From the IMG/VR virus record IMGVR_UViG_3300032234_000919, positions 1 through 39,403 of that record: a stretch of DNA of 39,403 bases; one strand, given 5' to 3'. Position numbers and translations under genes: made by a program. Shown here piece by piece: positions 1 through 8,505 of this stretch. The notes below the pieces were generated by a model that worked only from the letters and a program-made list of their open reading frames with translations, did not search any database and was not told the origin of the DNA. The first letter of the stretch is position 1. Each line of letters begins with the position of its first letter. Origin of the DNA: a virus (taxonomy: Duplodnaviria > Caudoviricetes).

Positions 1-156
1 ACTGCAATCACGGCAAGAAATGCAATTGATACAGTTTTGGCAATTAATTAAAGTTTTTGAATACTTCTCGGCTTGCTCTTGGGTGTAAATGGACGCATTC
101 CATTTATTTAAGCCAATTACCCAATAACCGTCTATTTGTTGTGTTTTTTTATTCAT
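1..156 (-). CDS. Partial Cys-repeat protein (runs off window edge)
   Basis: Hand-translated from ATG at 156: MNKKTQQIDGYWVIGLNKW...INCQNCINCISCRDCS. Not in the ORF track. Confidence 0.6.
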   Translation of the reverse strand, partial: MNKKTQQIDGYWVIGLNKWNASIYTQEQAEKYSKTLINCQNCINCISCRDCS

Positions 157-267
157 TTGTTACCTCCGTATGTTGATTTAAACCAATAATAATGCTACCC
201 ACCATAATAGCATACTCAATCCAAAAATTAATAATTCTATTTCTTGTTTCATTTGTTACCTCCGTAT
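152..267. repeat. 20-bp direct repeat TTCATTTGTTACCTCCGTAT at 152-171 and 248-267
   Basis: Exact match. Degenerate copies near 1714-1731, 3445-3462 and 3678-3695 mark gene junctions. Confidence 0.85.
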
Positions 268-575
268 ATGTGTTTGAAGTATTGGTCAAAAGTTGGATAT
301 CTCCAATCAAAGATTGTTTTCCTTGAATCGAGTGCAGTTTTTTTATGTTGCTCCATCTCCATTTCTTTGAATTTTTCAATTTCTTCAACGTGTTTTTTCA
401 TATCAACATATTGACTGAAATACTCAATTACAGAATCTACTGCGGATTTTTGCGTTTCGTTGCTCTCGCGTTCTTGGTTTTTTACAAACTCAATTTTTTG
501 AGCAATGGTCATTTCGTTGCCGTCACCAAATTGATGGGAGCATTGGTTTTCTAAGTTTTGTTGTGCGTTGGTCAT
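249..575 (-). CDS. Hypothetical protein, 'xTAVE...KEMEKEQ...YGG' repeat family
   Basis: QKSAVDSVIEY...KEMEMEQ...QYFKHIYGG motif shared with neighbouring ORFs. Confidence 0.7.
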   Translation of the reverse strand: MTNAQQNLENQCSHQFGDGNEMTIAQKIEFVKNQERESNETQKSAVDSVIEYFSQYVDMKKHVEEIEKFKEMEMEQHKKTALDSRKTIFDWRYPTFDQYFKHIYGGNK

Positions 576-631
576 CGTGTGTTGTTTTATGGTTCGAATT
601 TAATTGTAAGTGTTTGTTTGTCAATCGTTTT

Positions 632-1717
632 TTAGTGAATGGACGTTTTTTTTAGTAAATGGGGTATTTCGAGTTTCAATAACCTCTCGATAACATCTTC
701 GGTACTATGCCCATCAAATGGGAATAAGGCTTTTTCGGTTTCGGGGATTTTGAATAAGTCCCAATCTTCTATAGTATAGTGATTGGATATTTGACCCGTT
801 GGTAACATTGCACTCACAATGAACCAATTGTCTTTACCGAATGGGTATTCTCCATCGTGATGCCTACGGCTTTTGTGGACGTTATATTTTACCGAACTTA
901 CTATCGCGCCACCTAATTTTTTCTCATTGATAATTTGAGTGCCCCATTCATTGAATAAGGTTACGTTATAAGCCTTTCTAATTTGGTAAAGTGTCTTGAA
1001 AGTGTGGTAGCCATCCGATGTTTCCTCAGTTATTTTGTTTTGCTCTTTCTCCATTTCTATTGCTTGTCTTTTTAATTCAATATATTCGCTTGTATTAATG
1101 TTAAATTGAATGTTTCTGATTGATGGTGTTTCTCTTGCATCTCCCTTTTCTTCGAGTTGCTCAATAAACTGTTCTACTGCCGTTTTTTCTGTTTCGTTTG
1201 TCATATATTCAGTACCATTAGATTTATACGCTTTTAATGCGGGTATCGCTATTTCAAAAAACACGTTAGGGTCAATAAAATACCCATACTTATACCCTAT
1301 TTGTAAACCATTCATCCACGCATCAAGTTCATAATGGAACTGATGGGGAAATGAATAATTATCTTTACTTTGAAAGATGTGCCCTAATTCGTGAAAGAAA
1401 ATTGCGGTTTCAATCTCTTTGTTGTCGCACTTACCTATGTATATTTCGGCATTACACAAACTATTACCCTTTGAGCAAAAACCACTATTTAATTCTTTTT
1501 CAACACCTAAAAATAAATTAATGTTATTTTGCTTCGCTATTTCTTCAATACTTAGCATTGGTTTTTTATCTTTTTCCATAAGTTTTTTAAGTTCTTCTTT
1601 TCTTTGTTGTCTTAATTGTTCTCGGTTTTGGATTCTCCATTTGTTTTTTTCTATAGCATCCAATTTTTTTATTTTACCATAGCCCCCTTCTAAGAGTTTT
1701 TTAAATTGTGGGCTCAT
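632..1717 (-). CDS. Fusion protein: HExxH zincin-like domain + KEMEKEQ module + WDGH-like domain
   Basis: FFHELGH...ELDAW; NETEKTAVEQ...EMEKEQ; SDGYHTF...HHDG...GQISNHY...FDGHSTEDV. Start moved to ATG 1717. Confidence 0.7.
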   Translation of the reverse strand: MSPQFKKLLEGGYGKIKKLDAIEKNKWRIQNREQLRQQRKEELKKLMEKDKKPMLSIEEIAKQNNINLFLGVEKELNSGFCSKGNSLCNAEIYIGKCDNKEIETAIFFHELGHIFQSKDNYSFPHQFHYELDAWMNGLQIGYKYGYFIDPNVFFEIAIPALKAYKSNGTEYMTNETEKTAVEQFIEQLEEKGDARETPSIRNIQFNINTSEYIELKRQAIEMEKEQNKITEETSDGYHTFKTLYQIRKAYNVTLFNEWGTQIINEKKLGGAIVSSVKYNVHKSRRHHDGEYPFGKDNWFIVSAMLPTGQISNHYTIEDWDLFKIPETEKALFPFDGHSTEDVIERLLKLEIPHLLKKTSIH

Positions 1718-2246
1718 TTTTGCCTCCGTAAATTTCATTCCAAAATTGGTCAAACGATTTTCCACCTTCCTCCATTGAGTTTTGACCCGCTTCAAATATT
1801 TTAAACGCCTTTTGTTTCTCCATTTCTTTCAAATTTTCTATAATATCCATAGCCTTTGCCAACCCTATTCGATAGTCTCCGCCTCTTTTGGTTAGATTAG
1901 CGGGATGCTTTGAATCTAAAAGAGATTGATAAATTTTTTCACGAGCAATATCCAAAATCGTTTGATGGGCTTGTTTTTTCTCTTTTCTATGGATTATTTC
2001 ATAATGGATTAATAAATCAGCAATTTCTCCGTAGTTTAAATTCATTACCCCATTTTGATTAATCGTGATTTTATTTTCTACGAGGTAAGATAAAAATTCT
2101 TGGAATACGTCAAAATGTTTAGTATTATCAACTATAGTTTTTATTTCTCCTTTTTCGTTTGCTTTTGCAATACAGAAGGAATTTGCGCGATTGTGTTGTA
2201 ACTCTATCAATTCTTCAAGAGTTAAGTTTTCTATTGGGTTTTTCAT
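1701..2246 (-). CDS. Hypothetical protein with C-terminal KEMEKQ...IYGG module
   Basis: 181-aa ORF in a tightly packed operon; family motif present. Confidence 0.75.
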   Translation of the reverse strand: MKNPIENLTLEELIELQHNRANSFCIAKANEKGEIKTIVDNTKHFDVFQEFLSYLVENKITINQNGVMNLNYGEIADLLIHYEIIHRKEKKQAHQTILDIAREKIYQSLLDSKHPANLTKRGGDYRIGLAKAMDIIENLKEMEKQKAFKIFEAGQNSMEEGGKSFDQFWNEIYGGKNEPTI

Positions 2247-2247
2247 T

Positions 2248-2505
2248 TTATTGGTTGTTGTTTAATTCTATTACAAAATTTCTAACTAAAACAATTAATT
2301 CATCTAATGTTTTCGCTTTAAAAGATTGAATCCCTTCGGTATTGCCATTTTTAAAATTTACAGTGGCGGAATGATTCCATTTCGATTCGTCCCACATATC
2401 TACACGGGAATGAATCATAATGCTTGTAAGTTTGTCAAACTTAAATGGGTCGTTAATCACACTTAGTGTGCTGAATGTTTCTTTTCCTAAGTCTATTTGG
2501 CTCAT
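2248..2505 (-). CDS. Hypothetical protein, paralog of 14487-14723
   Basis: DPFK.DK..SI.I and F.NGNT.G.Q.F shared between the two. Confidence 0.75.
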   Translation of the reverse strand: MSQIDLGKETFSTLSVINDPFKFDKLTSIMIHSRVDMWDESKWNHSATVNFKNGNTEGIQSFKAKTLDELIVLVRNFVIELNNNQ

Positions 2506-2517
2506 TTTATTTAATTG

Positions 2518-2619
2518 TTATAAAACCCCTACTTGGACTAAATACAATATCACTATACCTAAAATGCCCCCGATAAACAATCCGAGAATAAAACCATTCC
2601 AAAATTTTTCGTTTTCCAT
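2518..2619 (-). CDS. 33-aa membrane peptide
   Basis: Hand-translated MENEKFWNGFILGLFIGGILGIVILYLVQVGVL; fills the intergenic gap. Confidence 0.55.
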   Translation of the reverse strand: MENEKFWNGFILGLFIGGILGIVILYLVQVGVL

Positions 2620-2632
2620 ATTTTAATATTTA

Positions 2633-2743
2633 GAGCCGCAACGGGTACCGCCCCCGTTTCTTGGTCTTTTGGCTTCACAAAGGGACATTTATGCCCCTCT
2701 GTTACTCACCATCACCCACGAGTTACTTTTACTCTATACGGCT
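2633..2743 (-). ncRNA. tRNA-like RNA (about 111 nt) with an expanded anticodon arm
   Basis: Acceptor AGCCGTA/TGCGGCT; TA linker; D-arm GAGT-AAAAGTA-ACTC; T-arm ACGGG-GGCGGTA-CCCGT; internal 11-bp hairpin. Confidence 0.65.
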
Positions 2744-2751
2744 ATTTTTTT

Positions 2752-2943
2752 CTATAAATTGTATGCTATTCTAAGTAATTCTAAAAATCCGAATGTTAAA
2801 GTTTTTTCGGAGACCCTTGCATCATTAATTTCAATTAAAAAATCTTGTGAAGGCAAAACTCCATTTGAGGCATTCAAATACCTTTGAAGATATTCTCTTG
2901 CCATTTCACTTTTAATTGGCTCAATCGTTTGAGGGTTCTGCAT
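2752..2943 (-). CDS. Hypothetical protein
   Basis: ORF in operon; start uncertain. Confidence 0.55.
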   Translation of the reverse strand: MQNPQTIEPIKSEMAREYLQRYLNASNGVLPSQDFLIEINDARVSEKTLTFGFLELLRIAYNL

Positions 2944-3301
2944 TTTCGGGGTGGTGTTCTTCATAAAAATCAAATTGCTTTTTAAGTTCGGGTTTGTAGT
3001 CTAAGTAATCTAAATCGGGGTCACATACCTTGTCCACTAAAACATCATACCCCATCAAAATTCTACCGTGGATGTGGGCTATTTCCCTTTGATAATAATC
3101 CCAATAATATTCCCAATTAAATCTTTCATCATCGGTACAATGTTTAATTATGGGAATAAATCTTTCATCTTCTTCCCAATCTTTTAAAAACCATTCCCAT
3201 TCAAACTTATTCAAGGGATTAATCGTAGCCAACTCATCGTTAAACTGCATCCATTTACGCAACGTATCAATGTGTTCTTGCGGTGCTTTTGCCATTCTCA
3301 T
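2921..3301 (-). CDS. Hypothetical acidic/aromatic protein
   Basis: 126-aa ORF in operon. Confidence 0.75.
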   Translation of the reverse strand: MRMAKAPQEHIDTLRKWMQFNDELATINPLNKFEWEWFLKDWEEDERFIPIIKHCTDDERFNWEYYWDYYQREIAHIHGRILMGYDVLVDKVCDPDLDYLDYKPELKKQFDFYEEHHPENAEPSND

Positions 3302-3304
3302 TTG

Positions 3305-3448
3305 TCAATCTCCTTGTATTATTTGTTGATGTATTATAAACACAATTCCCGAAATCACAGTTATTTCAAAACCAAATGCGTAATAAACAAGAAGATATAC
3401 CCCAAGTAAAACAACATACAATAATAATTGTCGAATATCTCGTCTCAT
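3305..3448 (-). CDS. 47-aa membrane protein
   Basis: Hand-translated MRRDIRQLLLYVVLLGVYLLVYYAFGFEITVISGIVFII...; ATGA overlap with the upstream gene. Confidence 0.65.
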   Translation of the reverse strand: MRRDIRQLLLYVVLLGVYLLVYYAFGFEITVISGIVFIIHQQIIQGD

Positions 3449-3681
3449 TGTTCACCTCCAAAATCTCTTTGTACTTTTTCGTTGATAGCATCGGCAATGA
3501 ATTTGCCTATTTGGTCTAGAAATTCTTCGCACTCTTTGTGTGTTCCGAATAATTGTTGGATAGCACCCCAACCCCTAATTTCACCTACCATCTGAGAGCC
3601 CCCCTCTTCATCTTGTCTACTCCATAGGTATTGCCCAAATGGGGCATAGTAGACATCTTTAAGCCATTCTTTTAGTGTCAT
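3445..3681 (-). CDS. Hypothetical protein
   Basis: Start at ATG 3681 (MTLKEWL); EIRGWG motif. Confidence 0.7.
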   Translation of the reverse strand: MTLKEWLKDVYYAPFGQYLWSRQDEEGGSQMVGEIRGWGAIQQLFGTHKECEEFLDQIGKFIADAINEKVQRDFGGEQ

Positions 3682-3682
3682 T

Positions 3683-3898
3683 TTAACCTCCGTATGTTTT
3701 TTCGTAATAGTCACTTCCGTTTAATCCTCTATTTGCCAATGGGAAACCATCAACCGCATTAATTACCTCTTGCTTGTGCATTTCTTTGGCTTCTCTATAT
3801 ACTACAAGATTTTTGTAATCTTTTGTCACTAATAATCCTTGACTTGCTAATTTTTCAAAAGCAAAATCTATTGAGGTTTTTTCTGTTTCGTTAATCAT
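3683..3898 (-). CDS. KEMEKEQ/YGG repeat-family protein
   Basis: NETEKTSID...EAKEMHKQE...YYEKTYGG. Confidence 0.75.
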   Translation of the reverse strand: MINETEKTSIDFAFEKLASQGLLVTKDYKNLVVYREAKEMHKQEVINAVDGFPLANRGLNGSDYYEKTYGG

Positions 3899-4191
3899 TT
3901 GTTATGTTGGTTTTTTATAAATTCAATAATTACTTGACACATTGTAGAGGCTGAATAACTTCTATTTTTGGAAATTTGAGCATTAAGAAAATCTAACAAC
4001 TCTTTTGTTTTAGCCGCTTCTTTAGTTGATTGTTCGGCTAATACTTTTATCAGTCTAAGTTCTTCCATTTCTTTGGCTTGTTTAAGTATTGCCTCCTCAC
4101 CTCCATTATTAACATATTTCCAAGGTTCTTCCCTAAATTTTTTATGCTCTTTAGCATACCATTCAACGGGGCTTTTTCGTACTTCACTCAT
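3895..4191 (-). CDS. KEMEKEQ repeat-family protein
   Basis: KSPVEWY...QAKEMEE; ATGA coupling. Confidence 0.75.
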   Translation of the reverse strand: MSEVRKSPVEWYAKEHKKFREEPWKYVNNGGEEAILKQAKEMEELRLIKVLAEQSTKEAAKTKELLDFLNAQISKNRSYSASTMCQVIIEFIKNQHNK

Positions 4192-4478
4192 AAATTGGTA
4201 ATTTTAGGATGTTGCCATTTTTCCAAACCACATTTCATACATTTAGTGCTACTTGAATTTACTGTATCAGGAACAAATCCAGAACAAATGGTAGCAGTAT
4301 GAGTAGTAGTCCCACTAATATCATTTGGTACTGTAACTGTATTCCAAGGAGTATTAGTAGTTATATTAGTTTTAATAGGTTGTGGGCAACTCAAACACAT
4401 TATCGTAGTCGGTGAATAAACTCTACCGCACTTAGGGCACTCCCACCCTTGTTGCGTAAATCCGTGTTGGTGTATCAT
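4188..4478 (-). CDS. Zinc-ribbon protein
   Basis: GWECPKCGRVYSP...CLSC and CMKCG. Confidence 0.7.
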   Translation of the reverse strand: MIHQHGFTQQGWECPKCGRVYSPTTIMCLSCPQPIKTNITTNTPWNTVTVPNDISGTTTHTATICSGFVPDTVNSSSTKCMKCGLEKWQHPKITNL

Positions 4479-4897
4479 TTTGTATTATCTCTAAAATCTA
4501 TTGGTTCTTTTAAATAATCCCATTCGATTATGTTAGTAATTACCGCATAACCCGTGAGCGAACATCTCCATTCGGTGCACTTCTCATTAGAACAAGCACA
4601 TCGGAAAATGTAATGTTTGTTACCTTTTTCATCAACCCCAAGTATGTCCACTTTTTTAGGCGGTAACATATCTTCGACCTTCTTGAACTTAGTTTTGAAA
4701 ACCAAATTGTCATCGTCATCGTATTCGTGGCAATGAGGGCAAAAATGCTTTTCATCTTCATCAGTAATCCAACCTAACTCTTGGGCTTCTTCAAATGCGT
4801 AACGAATATCCCCCCACCCCGAAAACATACAATCTTCAAATGCATCTACTCCGCATCCATCGCACAAAAAGGAATAAGTCAACGAACTCTTTAACAT
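4475..4897 (-). CDS. Cys-rich putative zinc-binding protein
   Basis: CDGCG...HFCPHC plus a second Cys cluster. Confidence 0.7.
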   Translation of the reverse strand: MLKSSLTYSFLCDGCGVDAFEDCMFSGWGDIRYAFEEAQELGWITDEDEKHFCPHCHEYDDDDNLVFKTKFKKVEDMLPPKKVDILGVDEKGNKHYIFRCACSNEKCTEWRCSLTGYAVITNIIEWDYLKEPIDFRDNTK

Positions 4898-4898
4898 A

Positions 4899-5147
4899 CT
4901 ATCTCCACTTAAAAGGGTTTTGTGTATCTACTTCATTTTTTTTTTTGAAACCTATCACACCAAAAAGCACAATCGCAATGATAAACGCTACCACGATGGT
5001 AACGTAACTTAAAGGGTGCCAAGGATTAATTCTTCGGTACTTTCTTTTCACATTAAAAGATTTGTCACCAATTTTTCTATTTATGGTCATTTCTTGACCT
5101 TCTTTTTCTTGGATAACTCCAATGAATTTTAAAAACTTACGAATCAT
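4899..5147 (-). CDS. Small membrane protein
   Basis: One hydrophobic helix. Confidence 0.65.
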   Translation of the reverse strand: MIRKFLKFIGVIQEKEGQEMTINRKIGDKSFNVKRKYRRINPWHPLSYVTIVVAFIIAIVLFGVIGFKKKNEVDTQNPFKWR

Positions 5148-5560
5148 TTTCTTCTCAATAAATTTTTGATTTTTGTTTTAATCCACTTAAAAAATGTAAT
5201 GTGAGGAGGTTCCAATATTTCACTAATCAGTTGCTTAACCATCTTTTTTTCTAAATCAATCCAAGACTGAGCAACTTTATTGGCTAACTCTTTTTGAGAA
5301 TTTTCACTTAGGTTGGTAATTTTTGTTTGAAATGCTTTTTTATCTTCGTTGAGGTTTATAGCAAATTCTTGAATTTTATTACGAGTTTCTTTTAAGGTAT
5401 CACCTTTGATTGAATATTTACCATCGTGGCTATCCGCTATCCAATACTTGTAATAGCCTTTATTTTTTGGTAAATACCATTTTTGAATAAGCCAAAGTAC
5501 TCCATTGCTATCCGTCATATAATGACGTTTTGCAACTATTGTAGTTGTTGTTTCGTCCAT
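5144..5560 (-). CDS. Hypothetical protein
   Basis: First gene after the promoter at 5569-5576. Confidence 0.7.
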   Translation of the reverse strand: MDETTTTIVAKRHYMTDSNGVLWLIQKWYLPKNKGYYKYWIADSHDGKYSIKGDTLKETRNKIQEFAINLNEDKKAFQTKITNLSENSQKELANKVAQSWIDLEKKMVKQLISEILEPPHITFFKWIKTKIKNLLRRK

Positions 5561-5568
5561 AAGTAATA

Positions 5569-5576
5569 CAAATATA
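5569..5576 (-). promoter_or_regulatory. Bacteroidota sigma-A -7 box TATATTTG
   Basis: Matches TAnnTTTG, 8 nt before ATG 5560. Confidence 0.7.
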
Positions 5577-5653
5577 CACTTATTTTGAAAAATAAATAAA
5601 AAAACACAACTTTTTTTTTTAAAGTCGTGATTAAACCATTGATATTAAATCAT

Positions 5654-6397
5654 TTAACCTACCCTATTCATTGTCACAATCAAACTCGGAACCATAGGAA
5701 TAGATGCGGGTACATTGTTTACTCTTGCGATTTGAATATGTTGGTCGGTAGCATACCACATTAATTCTAAATATTGATTTGCCACAAGCGATTCGACAAA
5801 GTTCCAAGCCACAACAATATATTGACCATTGTTCGCTAACGTAATTCGAGTATTAGTTTCGGGAATATTTACTCCATTTTTACGTAAATAAATATACAAT
5901 TCCGCGGATTGACCTCCTTGCGTTTTAATTATTTGAGCCGAAAATTGCAAATTGTAAATGCCCGTATTAGCAACCGTGATTCTTGAATTGCTAACAATAC
6001 TTACACCATTTGTTAAAGCGGTGGTATTAAGGGTCATTGCCTTTTGCTCCCCACCCGTTGTTGTTTGGGTAGTTGTGTCGTAAAAAGAACCATAGTATAA
6101 TGCCGTGCCCGTTGAATTAGCGGCACTAACTTCGATATTATCTCCCACGGCAAAAGAAATATTTGCCCCCGCCTTTAAAGTTCTCAATTGACTTGGAGCC
6201 GTAGTACCATCTACGTAAATTTCCGTTTCCCCTCCTATATTTTCTAAAAGACCCGAACCCAAATAATTACTCACGGGCTCCACGAATCCATTTGTATCTT
6301 TTAATTTCAACACCTCATCGTTATCGTCCACAAAAACGGATAATCCATTTGCCGATAAAACTTCAATGTCGTTTGCAATCGATTTAGTAATTGACAT
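5654..6397 (-). CDS. Fibre/spike-like protein with a C-terminal C1q/TNF-like beta domain
   Basis: YGSFYDTTTQ...NGVSIVSNSRITVANTGIYNLQFSAQ pattern. Start at ATG 6397, right after TATCTTTG (6402-6409). Confidence 0.6.
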   Translation of the reverse strand: MSITKSIANDIEVLSANGLSVFVDDNDEVLKLKDTNGFVEPVSNYLGSGLLENIGGETEIYVDGTTAPSQLRTLKAGANISFAVGDNIEVSAANSTGTALYYGSFYDTTTQTTTGGEQKAMTLNTTALTNGVSIVSNSRITVANTGIYNLQFSAQIIKTQGGQSAELYIYLRKNGVNIPETNTRITLANNGQYIVVAWNFVESLVANQYLELMWYATDQHIQIARVNNVPASIPMVPSLIVTMNRVG

Positions 6398-6408
6398 ATA
6401 ACAAAGAT

Positions 6409-6437
6409 AAAAAAAAGACCCCACATTGGAGGTCTTT
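6409..6437 (-). terminator. Rho-independent terminator
   Basis: AAAGACC/GGTCTTT stem followed by a T-run on the minus strand. Confidence 0.75.
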
Positions 6438-6461
6438 GATTTTAAGTATATTACAAGTGCG

Positions 6462-6629
6462 CTAAGAGTTCAAACTTTTAATAAATTTCAAAGCATTTTT
6501 CATTCGGATGTAGTTTTTAATGGGTATCCCGTTCTCCCATACTCGGTAGCATTTCTTAAAGTTTAAATAAGAAACACTAATGAAATATGACTTACCATTT
6601 AAAAATATATGTGTATTTAATCCCACCAT
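6462..6629 (-). CDS. 55-aa hypothetical protein
   Basis: Hand-translated MVGLNTHIFLNGKSY...FIKSLNS; fills the gap before the terminator. Confidence 0.45.
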   Translation of the reverse strand: MVGLNTHIFLNGKSYFISVSYLNFKKCYRVWENGIPIKNYIRMKNALKFIKSLNS

Positions 6630-6924
6630 AAATTCTTCCTTTAAAAGTTACTCTCGTAATGGTATCGCCAATTTTTACTTTGTCGTAATTTTCTTTTTCC
6701 GTCGTAAACCTTACATTTTCCTCTAATAAAATTTTATAGGTAGTATTCGAAAAAATGGGATTGGAGAAGTATGGGTAATTTCGAACATAATACCCATCTT
6801 TCTCCTTGGATTCTACTAAATACTCGATTTTGGAAACTTCACGAGAAGTAAGAGTGTCCGCGATATGCACGAACACTCCAACTAATATAAGCGTAACAAT
6901 GGTTTTAAAAAATGTTAGTTGCAT
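6592..6924 (-). CDS. Membrane-anchored hypothetical protein
   Basis: N-terminal hydrophobic helix; probable start ATG 6924. Confidence 0.65.
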   Translation of the reverse strand: MQLTFFKTIVTLILVGVFVHIADTLTSREVSKIEYLVESKEKDGYYVRNYPYFSNPIFSNTTYKILLEENVRFTTEKENYDKVKIGDTITRVTFKGRIYGGIKYTYIFKW

Positions 6925-7702
6925 AGGTGTTAGCCAATTCAAATAACTCCTCGTTAATTTTGATGTCCTTTACAAAATTAGTAATTTTTCGGGCTCTTCG
7001 TAACTTACCTTTACGATTTACATATTTAAAACCACCACGAACAAGTTTCTCTTGAACTACATTAAAAACCGTCCACAAATCATTCGATTCGTCTTCATTT
7101 CGGATTGACCTCAAGACATCTTCCGTACTCACTTTTACTTCTTCATCACGGAATCTAATTTGAATTGCTCTCATCGCGAAATCTACCTTTTCTTCTTCGG
7201 TCAATTCTTTTTCCTTGAAGTTGTTCAAAGTTTTGATTGTGTTAGGAATATTCATAACCATTTCATTAATCAAACCTTGAAGTTGTGAAAACGAATAGCC
7301 ACTATGCCTCATTCGCATTTGACCGAAATCTTCGGTGCAAATAATCAACCCATTTGAACAAACCAAACGGAACAAACCCGCACGGAATTGGAAAGAAGAT
7401 TTACCATCGTGAGAGTTGATTAAAAGAATTTGTGGGTAAACCACATCGTCCCCATTGGCTGATGCAATTTTCAAGTCGGGATTGCGAAATGTAACCAAAT
7501 GTTTTTTGTGGTTTTCATTACCCTTGCGTGTAATACCTTGTTTAACATCAACTACACCCCACCCCAACTTACTCATATCTTCTATGAGTTGTTTAGTAGG
7601 AATGTGAGTGTACTTGCTAGACAAGTTAGATTCGTGAGTTTCGCTCATTACCGCGGGGGCTTTAGCGATGATTTGTTCGTTGGTTTTGAATACGATTTCC
7701 AT
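6905..7702 (-). CDS. DUF932/DUF945-family protein
   Basis: LINSHDGKSSFQFRAGLFRLVCSNGL; DLWTVFNVVQE. Confidence 0.85.
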   Translation of the reverse strand: MEIVFKTNEQIIAKAPAVMSETHESNLSSKYTHIPTKQLIEDMSKLGWGVVDVKQGITRKGNENHKKHLVTFRNPDLKIASANGDDVVYPQILLINSHDGKSSFQFRAGLFRLVCSNGLIICTEDFGQMRMRHSGYSFSQLQGLINEMVMNIPNTIKTLNNFKEKELTEEEKVDFAMRAIQIRFRDEEVKVSTEDVLRSIRNEDESNDLWTVFNVVQEKLVRGGFKYVNRKGKLRRARKITNFVKDIKINEELFELANTYATNIF

Positions 7703-7892
7703 AAGTTTTATTGTTTAACGATGCAATATTACGATTATTTTTCAGAATAATCAAAAAAACAATAAAAATATTTTAAAAAAATTTCAAACCATTGATTTTA
7801 TTCGGTTTAATCAAAAAAGTGTTCGTTTACTAAAAAACACTTGTAACTTAAAAAATGTTGGTTTTACTTTGCTAGACCTAACAACAAAAATT

Positions 7893-8270
7893 ATGGAAAT
7901 TAGACAAGAATTATTTAAAGCAGTTATCAAAATGGGATTCCAAGAAATTGATAACTCATTAGACAAAAATGAAAAGTACTATTTAGTCAATGATGACTCA
8001 GTTACTTTAGACCACTACAATTATCAAATGGACAGATTTGCAATGTACGCATTGCTTATTCTAAAAACCCATAATCAAATGGTCGAAGTAAACTTATCTA
8101 AAGACTTATTCATTTCTTCAGTTGCTCAAGTGATTAAGGATGAATTTGAAGAGTTTAAAAACAAATACGATAATTGTGATTTTGAAGAAGAAAGTAATGA
8201 GGGAATAGAAATGAAAAGCAAGTTGACTTTCTATAAGTCTACTAGCGATTTTCTATATACTTTAAAGTAG
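7893..8270 (+). CDS. Hypothetical protein
   Basis: Divergent gene; ATG 7893 follows an A-rich leader. Confidence 0.7.
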   Translation: MEIRQELFKAVIKMGFQEIDNSLDKNEKYYLVNDDSVTLDHYNYQMDRFAMYALLILKTHNQMVEVNLSKDLFISSVAQVIKDEFEEFKNKYDNCDFEEESNEGIEMKSKLTFYKSTSDFLYTLK

Positions 8271-8505
8271 ATTGATGCTTTTTCTCTAAAAATTCTAAAT
8301 GTTGCTTCTTATCTCCTAGATTTAAGTGGCAACTTCTACAAAGAGCGATTAAATTTTCAATTTGGTCGCTTTTTTTTGTGCCTCCCATACCACGTCTATG
8401 AATGTGGTGAATATCGACTGCACGAGCCCCACAGACTTCGCAGCCAATAAAATCATCGAGAGCATATTTGAAATGCTCCATATACATTTTTACATAAGGT
8501 TTCAT
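8242..8505 (-). CDS. HNH endonuclease
   Basis: CEVCG...DIHHI...NLIALCRSCH. Confidence 0.85.
   Translation of the reverse strand: MKPYVKMYMEHFKYALDDFIGCEVCGARAVDIHHIHRRGMGGTKKSDQIENLIALCRSCHLNLGDKKQHLEFLEKKHQSTLKYIENR

Noticed and set aside
152-267. Mini CRISPR array
   Set aside because: Only two exact copies 96 bp apart, coinciding with gene stop/start junctions
2669-2887. Plus-strand 72-aa ORF
   Set aside because: Antisense to the tRNA-like element and a minus-strand gene; TTG start; no supporting signals
6438-6591. Fourth small RNA before the terminator
   Set aside because: A 55-aa ORF (6462-6629) covers the gap and no -7 box was found
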